Shown one piece after another: positions 1 through 12,896 of a DNA stretch of 64,000 nucleotides. The position numbers and the translations under genes are program-made. The DNA lies in NCBI GenBank assembly GCA_964016885.1, contig OZ024745.1, positions 45,136,001 to 45,200,000 of the forward strand, written 5' to 3'. Position 1 is the first letter of the stretch. The number at the start of each line of letters is the position of its first letter. A model generated the notes under the pieces. It was not told the origin of the DNA, did no database searches, and worked only from the letters and a program-made list of their open reading frames with translations. This DNA comes from Eledone cirrhosa (Eukaryota).

Positions 1-3000
1 AGAGGGGGAGAGTTTGGTGGAGATGATTAGAGTGAGAGGATTGAGAGAGATAGGTATTGAGAGATATAGAGAGGGAGAGAGTTTGGTAGAGATAAATAGA
101 GTGAGAGGATTGAGAGAGACAGGTATTGAGAGATATAGAGAGGGAGAGAGTTTGGTAGAGATGAATAGAGTGAGAGGACTGATAGAGATAGGTATTGAGA
201 TATATAGAGAGGGGGAGAGTTTGGTAGAGATGAATAGAGTGAGAGGATCGATAGGGATAGGTATTGAGAGATATAGAGAGGGGGAGAGTTTGGTAGAGAT
301 GAATAGAGTGAGAGGATCGAGAGAGATAGGTATTGAGAGATATAGAGAGGGGTGAGTTTGGTAGAGATGAATAGAGTGAGAAGACTGATAGAGATAGGTA
401 TTGAGAGATATAGAGAGGGGGAGAGTTTGGTAGAGATGAATAGAGTGAGAGGATTGAGAGAGATAGGTATTGAGAGATATAGAGAGGGGGAGAGTTTGGT
501 AGAGATGAATAGAGTGAGAGGACTGATAGAGATACGTATTGAGAGATATAGAGAGATAGGTATTGAGAGATATAGAGAGGGGGAGAGTTTGGTGGAGATG
601 AATAGAGTGAGAGGATTGAGAGAGATAGGTATTGATAGATATAGAGAGGTGGAGAGTTTGGTAGAGATGAATAGAGTGAGAGGATTGAGAGAGATAGGTA
701 TTGAAAGATATAGAGAGGGGGAGAGTTTGGTAGAGATGAATAGAGTGAGAGGACTGATAGAGATAGGTATTGAGAGATGTATAGAGGGGGAGAGTTTGGT
801 AGAGATGAATAGAGTGAGAGGATCGATAGGGATAGGTATTGAGAGATGTATAGAGGGGGAGAGTTTGGTAGAGATGAATAGAGTGAGAGGATCGATAGGG
901 ATAGGTATTGAGAGATATAGAGAGGGGGAGAGTTTGGTAGAGATGAAGAGAGTGAGAGGATTAAGAGAGATAGGTATTGAGAGATATAGAGAGGGGGAGA
1001 GTTTGGTAGAGATGAATAGAGTGAGAGGATCGATAGGGATAGGTATTGAGAGATATAGAGAGGGGGAGAGTTTGGTAGAGATGAATAGAGTGAGAGGACT
1101 GATAGAGATAGGTATTGAGAGATATAGAGAGGGAGAGAGTTTGGTAGAGATGAATAGAGTGAGAGGATCGATAGGGATAGGTATTGAGAGATATAGAGAG
1201 GGGGAGAGTTTGGTAGAGATGAATAGAGTGAGAGGATTGAGAGAGATAGGTATTGAGAGATATAGAGAGGGGGAGAGTTTGGTAGAGATGAATAGAGTGA
1301 GAGGACTGATAGAGATAGGTATTGAGAGATATAGAGAGGGGGAGAGTTTGGTAGAGATGAATAGAGTGAGAGGATCGATAGGGATAGGTATTGAGAGATA
1401 TAGAGAGGGGGCGAGTTTGGTAGAGATGAATAGAGTGAGAGGATTGAGAGAGATAGGTATTGAGAGATATAGAGAGGGGGAGAGTTTGGTAGAGATGAAT
1501 AGAGTGAGAGGACTGATAGAGATAGGTATTGAGAGATATAGAGAGGGGGAGAGTTTGATAGAGATGAATAGAGTGAGAGGATCGATAGGGATAGGTATTG
1601 AGAGATATAGAGAGGGGGAGAGTTTGATAGAGATGAATAGCGTGAGAGGATTGAGAGAGATAGGTATTGAGAGATATAGAGAGGGGGAGAGTTTGGTAGA
1701 GATGAATAGAGTGAGAGGATTGAGAGAGATAGGTATTGAGAGATATAGAGAGGGGGAGAGTTTGGTAGAGATGAATAGAGTGAGAGGATTGAGAGAGATA
1801 GGTATTGAGAGATATAGAGAGGGGGAGAGTTTGGTAGAGATGAATAGAGTGAGAAGACTGATAGAGATAGGTATTGAGAGATATAGAGAGGGGGAGAGTT
1901 TGGTAGAGATGAATAGAGTGAGAGGACTGATAGAGATCGGTAATGAGAGATATAGAGAGGGGGAGAGTTTGGTAGAGATGAATAGAGTGAGAGGACTGAT
2001 AGAGATAGGTATTGTGAGATATAGAGAGGGGGAGAGTTTGGTGGAGATGATTAGAGTGAGAGGATTGAGAGAGATAGGTATTGAGAGATATAGAGAGGGA
2101 GAGAGTTTGGTAGAGATAAATAGAGTGAGAGGATTGAGAGAGACAGGTATTGAGAGATATAGAGAGGGAGAGAGTTTGGTAGAGATGAATAGAGTGAGAG
2201 GACTGATAGAGATAGGTATTGAGATATATAGAGAGGGGGAGAGTTTGGTAGAGATGAATAGAGTGAGAGGATCGATAGGGATAGGTATTGAGAGATATAG
2301 AGAGGGGGAGAGTTTGGTAGAGATGAATAGAGTGAGAGGATCGAGAGAGATAGGTATTGAGAGATATAGAGAGGGGTGAGTTTGGTAGAGATGAATAGAG
2401 TGAGAAGACTGATAGAGATAGGTATTGAGAGATATAGAGAGGGGGAGAGTTTGGTAGAGATGAATAGAGTGAGAGGACTGATAGAGATAGGTATTGAGAG
2501 ATATAGAGAGGGGGAGAGTTTGGTAGAGATGAATAGAGTGAGAAGACTGATAGAGATAGGTATTGAGAGATATAGAGAGGGGGAGAGTTTGGTAGAGATG
2601 AATAGAGTGAGAGGATCGATAGGGATAGGTATTGAGAGATATAGAGAGGGGGAGAGTTTGGTAGAGATAAATAGAGTGAGAGGATCGATAGGGATAGGTA
2701 TTGAGAGATATAGAGAGGGGGAGAGTTTGGTAGAGATGAATAGAGTGAGAGGATTGAGAGATATAGAGAGGGGGAGAGTTTGGTAGAGATGAATAGAGTG
2801 AGAGGATTGAGAGAGATAGGTATTGAGAGATATAGAGAGGGGGAGAGTTTGGTAGAGATGAATAGAGTGAGAAGACTGATAGAGATAGGTATTGAGAGAT
2901 ATAGAGAGGGGGGAGAGTTTGGTAGAGATGAATAGAGTGAGAGGATCGATAGGGATAGGTATTGAGAGATATAGAGAGGGGGAGAGTTTGGTAGAGATGA

Positions 3001-6000
3001 ATAGAGTGAGAGGATTGAGAGAGATAGGTATTGAGAGATATAGAGAGGGGGAGAGTTTGGTAGAGATGAATAGAGTGAGAAGACTGATAGAGATAGGTAT
3101 TGAGAGATATAGAGAGGGGGAGAGTTTGGTAGAGATGAATAGAGTGAGAGGATCGATAGGGATAGGTATTGAGAGATATAGAGAGGGGGAGAGTTTGGTA
3201 GAGATGAATAGAGTGAGAGGATTGAGAGAGATAGGTATTGAGAGATATAGAGAGGGGGAGAGTTTGGTAGAGATGAATAGAGTGAGAGGATTGAGAGAGA
3301 TAGGTATTGAGAGATATAGAGAGGGGAGAGTTTGGTAGAGATGAATAGAGTGAGAGGACTGATAGAGATAGGTATTGAGAGATATAGAGAGGGAGAGAGT
3401 TTGGTACAGATGAATAGAGTGAGAGGATTGAGAGAGATAGGTATTGAGAGATATAGAGAGGGGGAGAGTTTGGTAGAGATAAATAGAGTGAGAGGATCGA
3501 TAGGGATTGGTATTGAGAGATATAGAGAGGGGGAGAGTTTGGTAGAGATGAATAGAGTGAGAGGATTGAGAGAGATAGGTATTGAGAGATATAGAGAGGG
3601 GGAGAGTTTGGTAGAGATGAATAGAGTGAGAGGACTGATAGAGATAGGTATTGTGAGATATAGAGAGGGGGAGAGTTTGGTGGAGATGATTAGAGTGAGA
3701 GGATTGAGAGAGATAGGTATTGAGAGATATAGAGAGGGAGAGAGTTTGGTAGAGATAAATAGAGTGAGAGGATTGAGAGAGACAGGTATTGAGAGATATA
3801 GAGAGGGAGAGAGTTTGGTAGAGATGAATAGAGTGAGAGGACTGATAGAGATAGGTATTGAGATATATAGAGAGGGGGAGAGTTTGGTAGAGATGAATAG
3901 AGTGAGAGGATCGATAGGGATAGGTATTGAGAGATATAGAGAGGGGGAGAGTTTGGTAGAGATGAATAGAGTGAGAGGATCGAGAGAGATAGGTATTGAG
4001 AGATATAGAGAGGGGTGAGTTTGGTAGAGATGAATAGAGTGAGAAGACTGATAGAGATAGGTATTGAGAGATATAGAGAGGGGGAGAGTTTGGTAGAGAT
4101 GAATAGAGTGAGAGGACTGATAGAGATAGGTATTGAGAGATATAGAGAGGGGGAGATTTTGGTAGAGATGAATAGAGTGAGAAGACTGATAGAGATAGGT
4201 ATTGAGAGATATAGAGAGGGGGAGAGTTTGGTAGAGATGAATAGAGTGAGAGGATCGATAGGGATAGGTATTGAGAGATATAGAGAGGGGGAGAGTTTGG
4301 TAGAGATAAATAGAGTGAGAGGATCGATAGGGATAGGTATTGAGAGATATAGAGAGGGGGAGAGTTTGGTAGAGATGAATAGAGTGAGAGGATTGAGAGA
4401 TATAGAGAGGGGGAGAGTTTGGTAGAGATGAATAGAGTGAGAGGATTGAGAGAGATAGGTATTGAGAGATATAGAGAGGGGGAGAGTTTGGTAGAGATGA
4501 ATAGAGTGAGAAGACTGATAGAGATAGGTATTGAGAGATATAGAGAGGGGGGAGAGTTTGGTAGAGATGAATAGAGTGAGAGGATCGATAGGGATAGGTA
4601 TTGAGAGATATAGAGAGGGTGAGAGTTTGGTAGAGATGAATAGAGTGAGAGGATTGAGAGATATAGAGAGGGGGAGAGTTTGGTAGAGATGAATAGAGTG
4701 AGAGGATTGAGAGAGATAGGTATTGAGAGATATAGAGAGGGGGAGAGTTTGGTAGAGATGAATAGAGTGAGAAGACTGATAGAGATAGGTATTGAGAGAT
4801 ATAGAGAGGGGGAGAGTTTGGTAGAGATGAATAGAGTGAGAGGATCGATAGGGATAGGTATTGAGAGATATAGAGAGGGGGAGAGTTTGGTAGAGATGAA
4901 TAGAGTGAGAGGATTGAGAGAGATAGGTATTGAGAGATATAGAGAGGGGGAGAGTTTGGTAGAGATGAATAGAGTGAGAGGATCGATAGGGATAGGTATT
5001 GAGAGATATAGAGAGGGGGAGAGTTTGATAGAGATGAATAGCGTGAGAGGATTGAGAGAGATAGGTATTGAGAGATATAGAGAGGGGGAGAGTTTGGTAG
5101 AGATGAATAGAGTGAGAGGATTGAGAGAGATAGGTATTGAGAGATATAGAGAGGGGGAGAGTTTGGTAGAGATGAATAGAGTGAGAGGATTGAGAGAGAT
5201 AGGTATTGAGAGATATAGAGAGGGGGAGAGTTTGGTAGAGATGAATAGAGTGAGAAGACTGATAGAGATAGGTATTGAGAGATATAGAGAGGGGGAGAGT
5301 TTGGTGGAGATGATTAGAGTGAGAGGATTGAGAGAGATAGGTATTGAGAGATATAGAGAGGGAGAGAGTTTGGTAGAGATAAATAGAGTGAGAGGATTGA
5401 GAGAGACAGGTATTGAGAGATATAGAGAGGGAGAGAGTTTGGTAGAGATGAATAGAGTGAGAGGATTGAGAGAGATAGCTATTGAGAGATATAGAGAGGG
5501 GGAGAGTTTGGTAGAGATGAATAGAGTGAGAGGATTGAGAGAGATAGGTATTGAGAGATATAGAGAGGGGGAGAGTTTGGTAGAGATGAATAGAGTGAGA
5601 GGATTGAGAGAGATAGGTATTGAGAGATATAGAGAGGGGGAGAGTTTGGTAGAGATGAATAGAGTGAGAGGACTGATAGAGATAGGTATTGTGAGATATA
5701 GAGAGGGGGAGAGTTTGGTGGAGATGATTAGAGTGAGAGGATTGAGAGAGATAGGTATTGAGAGATATAGAGAGGGAGAGAGTTTGGTAGAGATAAATAG
5801 AGTGAGAGGATTGAGAGAGACAGGTATTGAGAGATATAGAGAGGGAGAGAGTTTGGTAGAGATGAATAGAGTGAGAGGACTGATAGAGATAGGTATTGAG
5901 ATATATAGAGAGGGGGAGAGTTTGGTAGAGATGAATAGAGTGAGAGGATCGATAGGGATAGGTATTGAGAGATATAGAGAGGGGGAGAGTTTGGTAGAGA

Positions 6001-8905
6001 TGAATAGAGTGAGAGGATCGAGAGAGATAGGTATTGAGAGATATAGAGAGGGGTGAGTTTGGTAGAGATGAATAGAGTGAGAAGACTGATAGAGATAGGT
6101 ATTGAGAGATATAGAGAGGGGGAGAGTTTGGTAGAGATGAATAGAGTGAGAGGACTGATAGAGATAGGTATTGAGAGATATAGAGAGGGGGAGAGTTTGG
6201 TAGAGATGAATAGAGTGAGAAGACTGATAGAGATAGGTATTGAGAGATATAGAGAGGGGGAGAGTTTGGTAGAGTTGAATAGAGTGAGAGGATCGATAGG
6301 GATAGGTATTGAGAGATATAGAGAGGGGGAGAGTTTGGTAGAGATAAATAGAGTGAGAGGATCGATAGGGATAGGTATTGAGAGATATAGAGAGGGGGAG
6401 AGTTTGGTAGAGATGAATAGAGTGAGAGGATTGAGAGATATAGAGAGGGGGAGAGTTTGGTAGAGATGAATAGAGTGAGAGGATTGAGAGAGATAGGTAT
6501 TGAGAGATATAGAGAGGGGGAGAGTTTGGTAGAGATGAATAGAGTGAGAAGACTGATAGAGATAGGTATTGAGAGATATAGAGAGGGGGGAGAGTTTGGT
6601 AGAGATGAATAGAGTGAGAGGATCGATAGGGATAGGTATTGAGAGATATAGAGAGGGGGAGAGTTTGGTAGAGATGAATAGAGTGAGAGGATTGAGAGAT
6701 ATAGAGAGGGGGAGAGTTTGGTAGAGATGAATAGAGTGAGAGGATTGAGAGAGATAGGTATTGAGAGATATAGAGAGGGGGAGAGTTTGGTAGAGATGAA
6801 TAGAGTGAGAAGACTGATAGAGATAGGTATTGAGAGATATAGAGAGGGGGAGAGTTTGGTAGAGATGAATAGAGTGAGAGGATCGATAGGGATAGGTATT
6901 GAGAGATATAGAGAGGGGGAGAGTTTGGTAGAGATGAATAGAGTGAGAGGATTGAGAGAGATAGGTATTGAGAGATATAGAGAGGGGGAGAGTTTGGTAG
7001 AGATGAATAGAGTGAGAGGATTGAGAGAGATAGGTATTGAGAGATATAGAGAGGGGAGAGTTTGGTAGAGATGAATAGAGTGAGAGGACTGATAGAGATA
7101 GGTATTGAGATATATAGAGAGGGAGAGAGTTTGGTAGAGATGAATAGAGTGAGAGGATTGAGAGAGATAGGTATTGAGAGATATCGAGAGGGGGAGAGTT
7201 TGGTAGAGATGAATAGAGTGAGAGGATCGATAGGGATAGGTATTGAGAGATATAGAGAGGGGGAGAGTTTGGTAGAGATGAATAGAGTGAGAGGATTGAG
7301 AGAGATAGGTATTGAGAGATATAGAGAGGGGGAGAGTTTGGTAGAGATGAATAGAGTGAGAGGATTGAGAGAGATAGGTATTGAGAGATATAGAGAGGGG
7401 GAGAGTTTGGTAGAGATGAATAGAGTGAGAGGACTGATAGAGATAGGTATTGAGAGATATAGAGAGGGGGAGAGTTTGGTGGAGATGAATAGAGTGAGAG
7501 GATTGAGAGAGATAGGTATTGAGAGATATAGAGAGGTGGAGAGTTTGGTAGAGATGAATAGAGTGAGAGGATTGAGAGAGATAGGTATTGAAAGATATAG
7601 AGAGGGGGAGAGTTTGGTAGAGATGAATAGAGTGAGAGGACTGATAGAGATAGGTATTGAGAGATATAGAGAGGTGTAGAGTTTGGTAGAGATGAATAGA
7701 GTGAGAGGATCGATAGGGATAGGTATTGAGAGATGTATAGAGGGGGAGAGTTTGGTAGAGATGAATAGAGTGAGAGGATCGATAGGGATAGGTATTGAGA
7801 GATATAGAGAGGGGGAGAGTTTGGTAGAGATGAAGAGAGTGAGAGGATTAAGAGAGATAGGTATTGAGAGATATAGAGAGGGGGAGAGTTTGGTAGAGAT
7901 GAATAGAGTGAGAGGATTGAGAGATATAGAGAGGGGGAGAGTTTGGTAGAGATGAATAGAGTGAGAGGACTGATAGAGATAGGTATTGAGAGATATAGAG
8001 AGGGAGAGAGTTTGGTAGAGATGAATAGAGTGAGAGGATCGATAGGGATAGGTATTGAGAGATATAGAGAGGGGGAGAGTTTGGTAGAGATGAATAGAGT
8101 GAGAGGATTGAGAGAGATAGGTATTGAGAGATATAGAGAGGGGGAGAGTTTGGTAGAGATGAATAGAGTGAGAGGATTGAGAGAGATAGGTATTGAGAGA
8201 TATAGAGAGGGGGAGAGTTTGGTAGAGATGAATAGAGTGAGAGGATTGAGAGAGATAGGTATTGAGAGATATAGAGAGGGGGAGAGTTTGGTAGAGATGA
8301 ATAGAGTGAGAAGACTGATAGAGATAGGTATTGAGAGATATAGAGAGGGGGAGAGTTTGGTAGAGATGAATAGAGTGAGAGGACTGATAGAGATCGGTAA
8401 TGAGAGATATAGAGAGGGGGAGAGTTTGGTAGAGATGAATAGAGTGAGGGGATCGATAGAGATAGGTATTGAGAGATATAGAGAGGGGGAGAGTTTGGTA
8501 GAGATGAATAGAGTGAGAGGACTGATAGAGATAGGTATTGTGAGATATAGAGAGGGGGAGAGTTTGGTGGAGATGATTAGAGTGAGAGGATTGAGAGAGA
8601 TAGGTATTGAGAGATATAGAGAGGGAGAGAGTTTGGTAGAGATAAATAGAGTGAGAGGATTGAGAGAGACAGGTATTGAGAGATATAGAGAGGGAGAGAG
8701 TTTGGTAGAGATGAATAGAGTGAGAGGACTGATAGAGATAGGTATTGAGATATATAGAGAGGGGGAGAGTTTGGTAGAGATGAATAGAGTGAGAGGATCG
8801 ATAGGGATAGGTATTGAGAGATATAGAGAGGGGGAGAGTTTGGTAGAGATGAATAGAGTGAGAGGATCGATAGGGATAGGTATTGAGAGATATAGAGAGG
8901 GATAG
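1..8905 (+). repeat. 69-bp tandem satellite (about 130 units, runs off the window start), purine-rich on + strand
   Basis: Unit GAGAGTTTGGTAGAGATGAATAGAGTGAGAGGATTGAGAGAGATAGGTATTGAGAGATATAGAGAGGGG recurs with 69-bp period (e.g. 8, 77); diagnostic variants recur in blocks; one degenerate unit at 8905-8985. Confidence 0.97.
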
Positions 8906-9469
8906 AGTTTGGTGGTAATGAATAGAGGGAGGTGATTGATAGAAATAGGCGGTGTAGTAGATATAGAGAGGCGGGTAGTTTGGTGATGCCCCTCACTAAT
9001 AATTATATTTTCTCCCCAAACTACCAAAACACAATAATTTAGATATGCGCTACAATATATGTACATGTTAAGTTTATCTCATATCGAAGTTTTCTGATCA
9101 TTTTAGAGTACAAAGAGCTAAACTAATCACTACAACTAAATTGTCCCCCCCCCTACCATTTTAATTCAGAAATGCATCCACCGCCCCTGCATACACATAA
9201 TACTCTCTCTCACACACACACACACTGTGGCAGTACACAGCCACACACACACACACACTGTGGCAGTACACAGCCACACATTTATATAAACCTATACAAA
9301 TATGTCACATAGACCTAAAGTATAAGTAAAATGTATCGTTTATTTGTTTGATTGACGAGGAAACACAGCACTCATAATTTACTAAAGCGTTGTTAAGCAC
9401 GGACAATCAATAGTCGGTCCCTTGATGTAAATAGACTTTACTGATATTTTTTCTTTTCTTTTTGTCCCG

Positions 9470-9665
9470 TAACTACGACGTTTCTAGGGTATTTTAAAAC
9501 TTGACGGAACCCATCTCTTTCCAGGTTTGAACATAGCAGATTTCTTCCAGAGAAGGATAGAGAGTAAGAGAGAGGTTGTGTGAAAAAATATAGAGAAAGA
9601 ATCGACCTCAGTACTAGACTGGTACTTTTTTTATCGACCTCGAATGGATGAAAGACAAAGTTGAG
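9470..9665 (-). mobile_element. tRNA-derived SINE subfamily fragment with distinctive 3' tail
   Basis: Core CTTTCATCC..GGTCGATAAAA..GTACCAGT on minus strand, followed by a tail shared with 50637-50890 and partly 60233-60365. Confidence 0.7.
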
Positions 9666-9980
9666 TGGTTGAGGGTTAGGGTTAGTGTTTAGGTTATGGA
9701 TGGTCTTATGGATTAGGGGATAAGTTTAGGGTTGTGGTTAAGGTTAATTTTAGGGTAAAGCTTAGATTTAGGTTTAGGTTAAGTGTTGAGGTTATAGTTA
9801 GCGGTTTTAATTATTGTTTTGGTTAGTGTTAGGTTTGAGATTAAGTTTAGGTTTAAGGTTTATGGTCACGATTAGAGTTAGGGTTAGATTTAAGTTTACG
9901 TTCTGGGTTAAGTTTAGGATTAAGATTAGTGTTAGTGTTAGGGTTAAAGTGTTTGTTAGGGCTACTTTTAAAGTTAGGAT
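9664..9980 (+). repeat. Degenerate (TTAGGG)n-like hexamer array
   Basis: GGGTTAGGGTTAG, TTAGGT, TTAAGG, TTAGTG variants with 6-nt periodicity. Confidence 0.75.
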
Positions 9981-10384
9981 ATGTAGCCTTAACAATGTCG
10001 ACACACATACACAGACACACGCAGACACACACACTTACACACATGAACACACAAATCCGTACACGCAAACACCTACATAGATCCACATACATACATAACA
10101 AAAAGAAATATTTGTGAAGCACATAGCAGCTGTTTAACATATTTCAAAGTGGAAACAAATGAATAAGTACAGCAGGAGCGACAACAACAACAGCAATAAT
10201 TATTTTGTGACGAAGAAAAAAAGAATTGGTGTGGAAAAATAGGGAAGGAATACGAAGGAAAAAACAAACAAAAATAAACAAAAAAGTAACAAATAAAAGA
10301 ATTCGTCCTCAGACTACCTACTACGAAAAATTTCAACGAAACAGGAGTTTATTTGGTCTATTGAATATGTCGTGCAACGGTTTA

Positions 10385-10740
10385 CTGTGGACGCAGCATA
10401 GCAAAATGTTTAAGAAGTGAGTTTTGCAATCATTAGGTCTCGTGTTCGATCTCACAGAATGACATTTTAGGTAAGTGTCATTAATCAAAGCCTCGGGTTG
10501 ACCTATGTCATGTGAGTAAAACTGTGTACACGAAATCTATATGGAAGCCCGTACAAAGGACTATATTTGTATCAAAGGTTCAGCCTTGTCACTCGTATCG
10601 TGTCACATTGAATCTTCCTGAGAAGTAAGTTAAGGGTGCATGTGTCTGTGGAATGCTCAGCCACTTACACGTAAACTAAACTTCATGAGCAGGCTGTTCC
10701 ATTGATTAAACCAATGGAACATCCATCGTTACACCCAACA
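10385..10740 (+). mobile_element. Diverged SINE of a second tRNA-headed family
   Basis: tRNA-like head (GTTCGATC B-box-like); body similar to reverse copies at ~30310-30635 and ~43550-43740. Confidence 0.55.
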
Positions 10741-10892
10741 GAATTCCATTCCACTCGCAACGGATTCAACAGAGTTGCCTGATGTAACCACCTGAGCCAT
10801 TCCAGCAACAGTTGTCAGCCATTAGCCTCACTGTTGAAAAGTATGCAATAAACAGATGGTCTTACAGGGAAAGTCTAGAAAAAACTGCAGTC

Positions 10893-11335
10893 GTCCCAAC
10901 ACAAATGACCAAAATAACAGTTGATCACTTTAAATGATAGTTGAGAAAACCGGCTGAAATACTCCATCGGAAAAAGAGGACAGGTGTACATCTGTCTACC
11001 CCCCACCATCTTTAGGGGTATTTTTATCCGATTTTCTCAACTATTATTTAAATTGATCAACTATTATTATGGTAATTTGCGGTGGATTGGAAGAATCCTT
11101 AGAGCGTCGGACAAATGCTTGGTTTAATTTGTTAGAGCTCTTTATGTTCTGAGTTCAAATCCCATCGAGGTCAAATTTTTCTTTCATCCTTTCGGGGGTC
11201 AATAAAATAAAGTAGCTTTAAAATACAGATTTCAATTTAATTGACTCCCGCCTTCTCTTCAAAATGCTGACCTTGTGCCAAATGTAAAAATAATTTTTAT
11301 AGTCATTTGCGTTAGGAAGACTACATTTCAAATTT
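10893..11335. mobile_element. Non-autonomous DNA transposon/MITE-like hairpin element interrupted by a SINE
   Basis: Inverted arms (TAGTTGAGAAAA / TTTTCTCAACTA, AGTTGATCA / TGATCAACT); second copy at 62718-62927; right arm resumes at ~11300 after the SINE. Confidence 0.6.
11080..11295 (+). mobile_element. tRNA-derived SINE (major family)
   Basis: GTTCTGAGTTCAAATCCC B-box, CTTTCATCCTTTCGGGGGTCAATAAAATAAAGTA core, CCTTGTGCC tail. Confidence 0.85.
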
Positions 11336-11615
11336 CGAGTTTTCTCAATGCTTCAGTTGTTTAAGAAAATATATGGTTGAGTGCATGTATGTCTTTGCTC
11401 CGCTCATTGTTTTAGTGAAATGAGCCAGCAATATAGACAGCGTGTCGTCTCATATTGAACAATATTTTTGTTTTGAAGGATAGTTTTATTCTTCCTCACG
11501 CCTTCGCACTTTCTTCTCTCTTATTTCGCTCTGTATTTATTTTGTTATTTTTTACGTTCTCAGTCTTCCACTTCGCCCTTCATTCCCTTTTTTCTGTACT
11601 ATTTTCTTTCCTGCA

Positions 11616-11676
<61 letters not shown>

Positions 11677-11679
<3 letters not shown>

Positions 11680-11925
11680 AGCCTGTAGATTGAGGAAAAG
11701 GAGGAGGAGAGGAAAGGAGTACAAGCTCTTCGTACTCCTGGAGATGAGGGTTGCACATTTTTTTCGGGGGTATGTGTTACCCATATAAACTGTCTCCCTC
11801 TATTGGGGAAAATCGACTAACTTTTAAATTCCATCTGTGATAACATTTTACACGTTTTTATTGTATGTAAACTTCCCCCTTTGTATTTGTCCCCTTCTTT
11901 TGTGCCCCTGTGGCTAATAAAGAAA
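11677..11925 (+). mobile_element. L1/Tx1-clade LINE 3' fragment in (TATC)n
   Basis: Near-identical to the 3' UTR of the element at 16273-17575; ends GGCTAATAAAGAAA; TATC repeats on both sides. Confidence 0.9.
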
Positions 11926-11935
11926 TATATCTATC

Positions 11936-11966
<31 letters not shown>

Positions 11967-12026
11967 CTGCCTGCCTGCCTCTCTGTTTGTCCGTCAATCC
12001 GTCTATCTATCTATTTATCTATCTAT

Positions 12027-12834
12027 CTTTTCTCTCCGGCGAACAACTGATTCTTTTTTTCAAATACCACTTTGGAAGAAGAATCAGGATGGAGAGAGAG
12101 GTGCTGCACTCCAGCAAGTTTTATGAAAGGTGGGTGAAAGTGGCGAGAATGGCCCGAGTGAATGGGCCTTCTCTCTATATCAGCCTGTAGGTTGAGGAAA
12201 AGGAGGAGGAGAGGAAAGGAGTACAAGCTCTTCGTACTCCTGGAGATGAGGGTTGCACATTTTTTTTCGGGGGTATGTGTTACCCATATAAACTGTCTCC
12301 CTCTATTGGGGAAAATCGACTAACTTTTAAATTCCATCTGTGATAACATTTTACACGTTTTTATTGTATGTAAACTTCCCCCTTTGTATTTGTCCCCTTC
12401 TTTTGTGCCCCTGTGGCTAATAAAGAAATATATCTTTTCTCTCCGGCGAACAACTGATTCTTTTTTTCAAATACCACTTTGGAAGAAGAATCAGGATGGA
12501 GAGAGAGGTGCTGCACTCCAGCAAGTTTTATGAAAGGTGGGTGAAAGTGGCGAGAATGGCCCGAGTGAATGGGCCTTCTCTCTATATCAGCCTGTAGGTT
12601 GAGGAAAAGGAGGAGGAGAGGAAAGGAGTACAAACTCTTCGTACTCCTGGAGATGAGGGTTGCACATTTTTTCGGGGGTATGTGTTACCCATATAAACTG
12701 TCTCCCCCTATTGGGGAAAATCGACTAACTTTTTAAATTGCATTTGTGATAACATTTTACACGTTTTTATTGTATGTAAACTTCCCCCTTTGTATTTGTC
12801 CCCTTCTTTTGTGCCCCTGTGGCTAATAAAGAAA
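12027..12834 (+). mobile_element. Two tandem L1/Tx1 3' fragments (12027-12428, 12434-12834)
   Basis: Encode the ORF2 C-terminus ..FFKYHFGRRIRMERE..SLYISL* plus 3' UTR; identical 5' truncation point. Confidence 0.9.
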
Positions 12835-12896
12835 CATATCTATCAATCTATCTTGTGGCAAATAAAGAAATCTATCTATCTATCTATCCATCTGTT

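Noticed and set aside
1-8905. CRISPR-like periodic array
   Set aside because: No unique spacers, no cas genes, eukaryotic context.
14-9066. Long ORFs (up to 1112 aa) on both strands of the satellite
   Set aside because: Product of a 69-bp unit lacking stops in some frames; frequent frameshifting indels; no splice or domain evidence.
11080-11170. tRNA genes at A/B-box-like motifs
   Set aside because: These are SINE heads; no cloverleaf.
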